Shown here: positions 34,164-35,890 of the stretch, one piece after another
Numbering within the stretch: the first letter of the stretch is position 1
Layout: each line of letters opens with the position of its first letter
Source of the DNA: Rhodospirillales bacterium
Lineage (GTDB): Bacteria > Pseudomonadota > Alphaproteobacteria > Acetobacterales > Acetobacteraceae
Direction: 5' to 3'
NCBI GenBank assembly: GCA_043740535.1
Contig: JAYUCA010000095.1
Location: 1-35,890, forward strand
DNA length: 35,890 nt
Made by a program: the position numbers and the translations under genes
The notes under the pieces: model-generated
What the model saw: the letters and a program-made list of their open reading frames with translations, nothing else
Database searches by the model: none
Told to the model about the DNA's origin: nothing

Positions 34164-34391
34164 GATGGAACAGCCGATCCCAAAGGTTGATTCGGCATCG
34201 CCCTGCTGACTCATGCGATGGATCGTTGCGTTCGGGCGGCGACGCTGGTCGGGGGACGGGCCGCGGCCGTGCATGCCATCGATGACGACGCGATCCGCTT
34301 CTGGACCAGGCGTGGTTTCAAGGCGAGCCAGAGCAGCCCCTATCTGCTGTACCGCTCGATCGGCGACATCGTCGCATCCCTGAGCAAGTAG
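34164..34391 (+). pseudogene. GNAT (TacT-like) acetyltransferase toxin relic: C-terminal third only, with an in-frame stop
   Basis: Own translation: DGTADPKG*FGIALLTHAMDRCVRAATLVGGRAAAVHAIDDDAIRFWTRRGFKASQSSPYLLYRSIGDIVASLSK*, with in-frame TGA at 34188-34190 and another stop at 34161-34163. This matches the acetyl-CoA-binding/C-terminal part of GNAT toxins of DUF1778-GNAT TA pairs. No N-terminal half and no antitoxin ORF. Confidence 0.5.
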
Positions 34392-34423
34392 AAAAGGCGC
34401 TCGGACGACGTCCGCCGGCAACA

Positions 34424-35890
34424 CTACGCCGGACCTCCCACCCTGACCTGCCCGCGCAGCCGCACCTCCACGCCGGGGACCCGCGCCTTGATCTCTGCCT
34501 GGAATTCCGCCCGCTTCTCGTGGATCGACACCAGCACGCGGCCCATCGGCACGCCGAGGTCCACCAGCACCGCCTCGCCGAGCTGCAGGCTTGCCTCGAT
34601 CGTCTCCGGCACCGCGTCGGACGCGCCCAGCGCATACAGGTCGGCGGCGTGCGGGGCGTCCCGCGCGCGGACGATGATCAGCAGGTCCGGGCGGTCGGCG
34701 CGGGCCAGGCGGACGATGTCGTCCGCCATCACCCGGTCATCGACCGTCACGACAAGCGCCCGCGCCTCGCTGAGGCCCACCCGCTGCAGCAGCGCCGGCT
34801 GCGAGACGTCGCCGTAGAACACCGTCGAGCCCTGCCGCCGCAACCGGGCGACCCGGCGGGCGTCGCTGTCCAACGCCAGGTATGGCACCCGGTGCGTCTC
34901 CAGCAGCGACGCCACCGTCTGGCCGACGCGGCCGAACCCGGCGATGATCACGCGGGGCGCGCCGTCGTTGGCCTCGGGCGGCAGCAGGGCCGGGTCGATG
35001 GCCGCCGGCTTCGCGGGGAACAGCGCGCTGCCCAGCAGCGACAGCAGAGGGATGGCGGCCATGGTCAGGGCGGCCAGGATGAAGGCGAAGCCGGCGGCGT
35101 CGGCGCTCAGCACGCCCAGCCCCGTGCCCAGGCCCAGGATGACGAAGCTGAACTCCCCGCCGGCGCCCAGCAGCAGGCCGGCCGGGCCGCCGACCGCGAA
35201 CCGCAACCGGAACAGGCGCCCGAAGCCGGCCACCACCGCGGCCTTCACGGCGACAAGCGCCAGCGCGGCGCCGATCACCGCGAAGGGCTGGTCCAGCACC
35301 CGCCCGAGGTCGAGGTTGAGGCCGATCGAGACCAGGAACACGCCCAGCAGCAGGCCCTTGAACGGCTCCACCGTCACCTCGATCTGGCGGCGATACTCCG
35401 TCTCGGCCAGCAGCAGCCCGGCGATCAGCGCGCCCAGCGCCATCGACAGCCCGGCCACCGCCGCCGCAAGCCCGGTGGCCAGCACCACCAGCAGGCAGGC
35501 GGCCATGAACAGCTCGGGGCTTCTGGTCCGGGCGACGCCGCGGAACAGCGGGCGCAGCACGACGCGGCCGAGCACCACCAGCGCCACGATCGCCAGCAGC
35601 GCCTGGCCGATCGCCAGGCCCAGCTCCACCGGTCCGTGCGCGGCGCCGCCGCCCAGGACGCCGAGCGCAAACATGATCGGCACGACAGCCAGGTCCTGGA
35701 ACAGCAGCACGGCGAAGCTGGCGCGCCCCACCAGGCTGGTCATCCGCTTCTCCTCGGCCAGCACCTGCGCCACGACCGCGGTCGACGACATCGCCAGCGC
35801 CAGGCCCAGCACGACGGCCTGCTTCGGCGGCGCCCCGGCCAGCAGCCCCGCAGCCGCGATGGCGGCGGCGCTGACCAGCACCTGCAGGCT
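34424..35890 (-). CDS. CPA2-family K+/H+ antiporter (KefB/KefC-like) with C-terminal TrkA-N domain; N-terminus beyond the right edge
   Basis: Hydrophobic antiporter core (FQDLAVVPIMF, EYRRQIEVTVEPFKGLLLGVFLVSIG) followed by a Rossmann-type domain (VIIAGFGRVGQTVASLL). The reading frame is still open at 35890. Confidence 0.85.
   Translation of the reverse strand, partial: SLQVLVSAAAIAAAGLLAGAPPKQAVVLGLALAMSSTAVVAQVLAEEKRMTSLVGRASFAVLLFQDLAVVPIMFALGVLGGGAAHGPVELGLAIGQALLAIVALVVLGRVVLRPLFRGVARTRSPELFMAACLLVVLATGLAAAVAGLSMALGALIAGLLLAETEYRRQIEVTVEPFKGLLLGVFLVSIGLNLDLGRVLDQPFAVIGAALALVAVKAAVVAGFGRLFRLRFAVGGPAGLLLGAGGEFSFVILGLGTGLGVLSADAAGFAFILAALTMAAIPLLSLLGSALFPAKPAAIDPALLPPEANDGAPRVIIAGFGRVGQTVASLLETHRVPYLALDSDARRVARLRRQGSTVFYGDVSQPALLQRVGLSEARALVVTVDDRVMADDIVRLARADRPDLLIIVRARDAPHAADLYALGASDAVPETIEASLQLGEAVLVDLGVPMGRVLVSIHEKRAEFQAEIKARVPGVEVRLRGQVRVGGPA

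Noticed and set aside
1-35890. tRNA, rRNA, tmRNA, integrase/transposase genes, prophage or secretion-system genes
   Set aside because: I scanned the intergenic regions and ORF translations and found no cloverleaf-like T-arm motifs, no recombinase or transposase motifs and no secretion-apparatus proteins. The absence is by eye only.

Overview
Very GC-rich chromosomal segment with strong GC3 bias in real genes and many long spurious antisense ORFs. It is alphaproteobacterial in gene content. It is probably Acetobacteraceae, inferred only from the fused transaldolase/phosphoglucose-isomerase gene inside a tkt-tal/pgi-gnd-zwf-pgl operon. Most of the window is housekeeping. On the minus strand are a partial MBOAT gene, surA, lptD, lptG, an MFS transporter, an OmpR/EnvZ-type two-component pair, a CMD/AhpD-like gene, an enoyl-CoA hydratase and a partial CPA2 K+ efflux gene. 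On the plus strand are holC, a small-protein/amidase trio, alkA plus two glycosyltransferase genes, and the pentose-phosphate operon. The non-ordinary part is 8.5-16.2 kb. It holds an orphan 1,241-aa protein with a split papain/calpain-like Gln-Cys...His...Asn-Trp signature. This gene is transcribed divergently, across three perfect-to-near-perfect 22-bp direct repeats, from a four-gene translationally coupled operon: two tandem Uma2 (DUF820) nuclease-fold paralogs, a GMC flavoprotein oxidoreductase and a SAM methyltransferase. Other signals: two copies of a 140-bp palindromic TA-flanked MITE placed identically relative to flanking genes; two toxin-antitoxin toxin relics (YafQ/RelE-like and GNAT/TacT-like); loss of the conserved lptF and pepA genes between lptG and holC; and a promoter/stem-loops/intrinsic-terminator unit (candidate sRNA or attenuator) upstream of the CMD/AhpD gene. 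No rRNA, tRNA, CRISPR array or intact transposase/integrase was seen. All functional calls rest on motif recognition by eye; no database search was possible.
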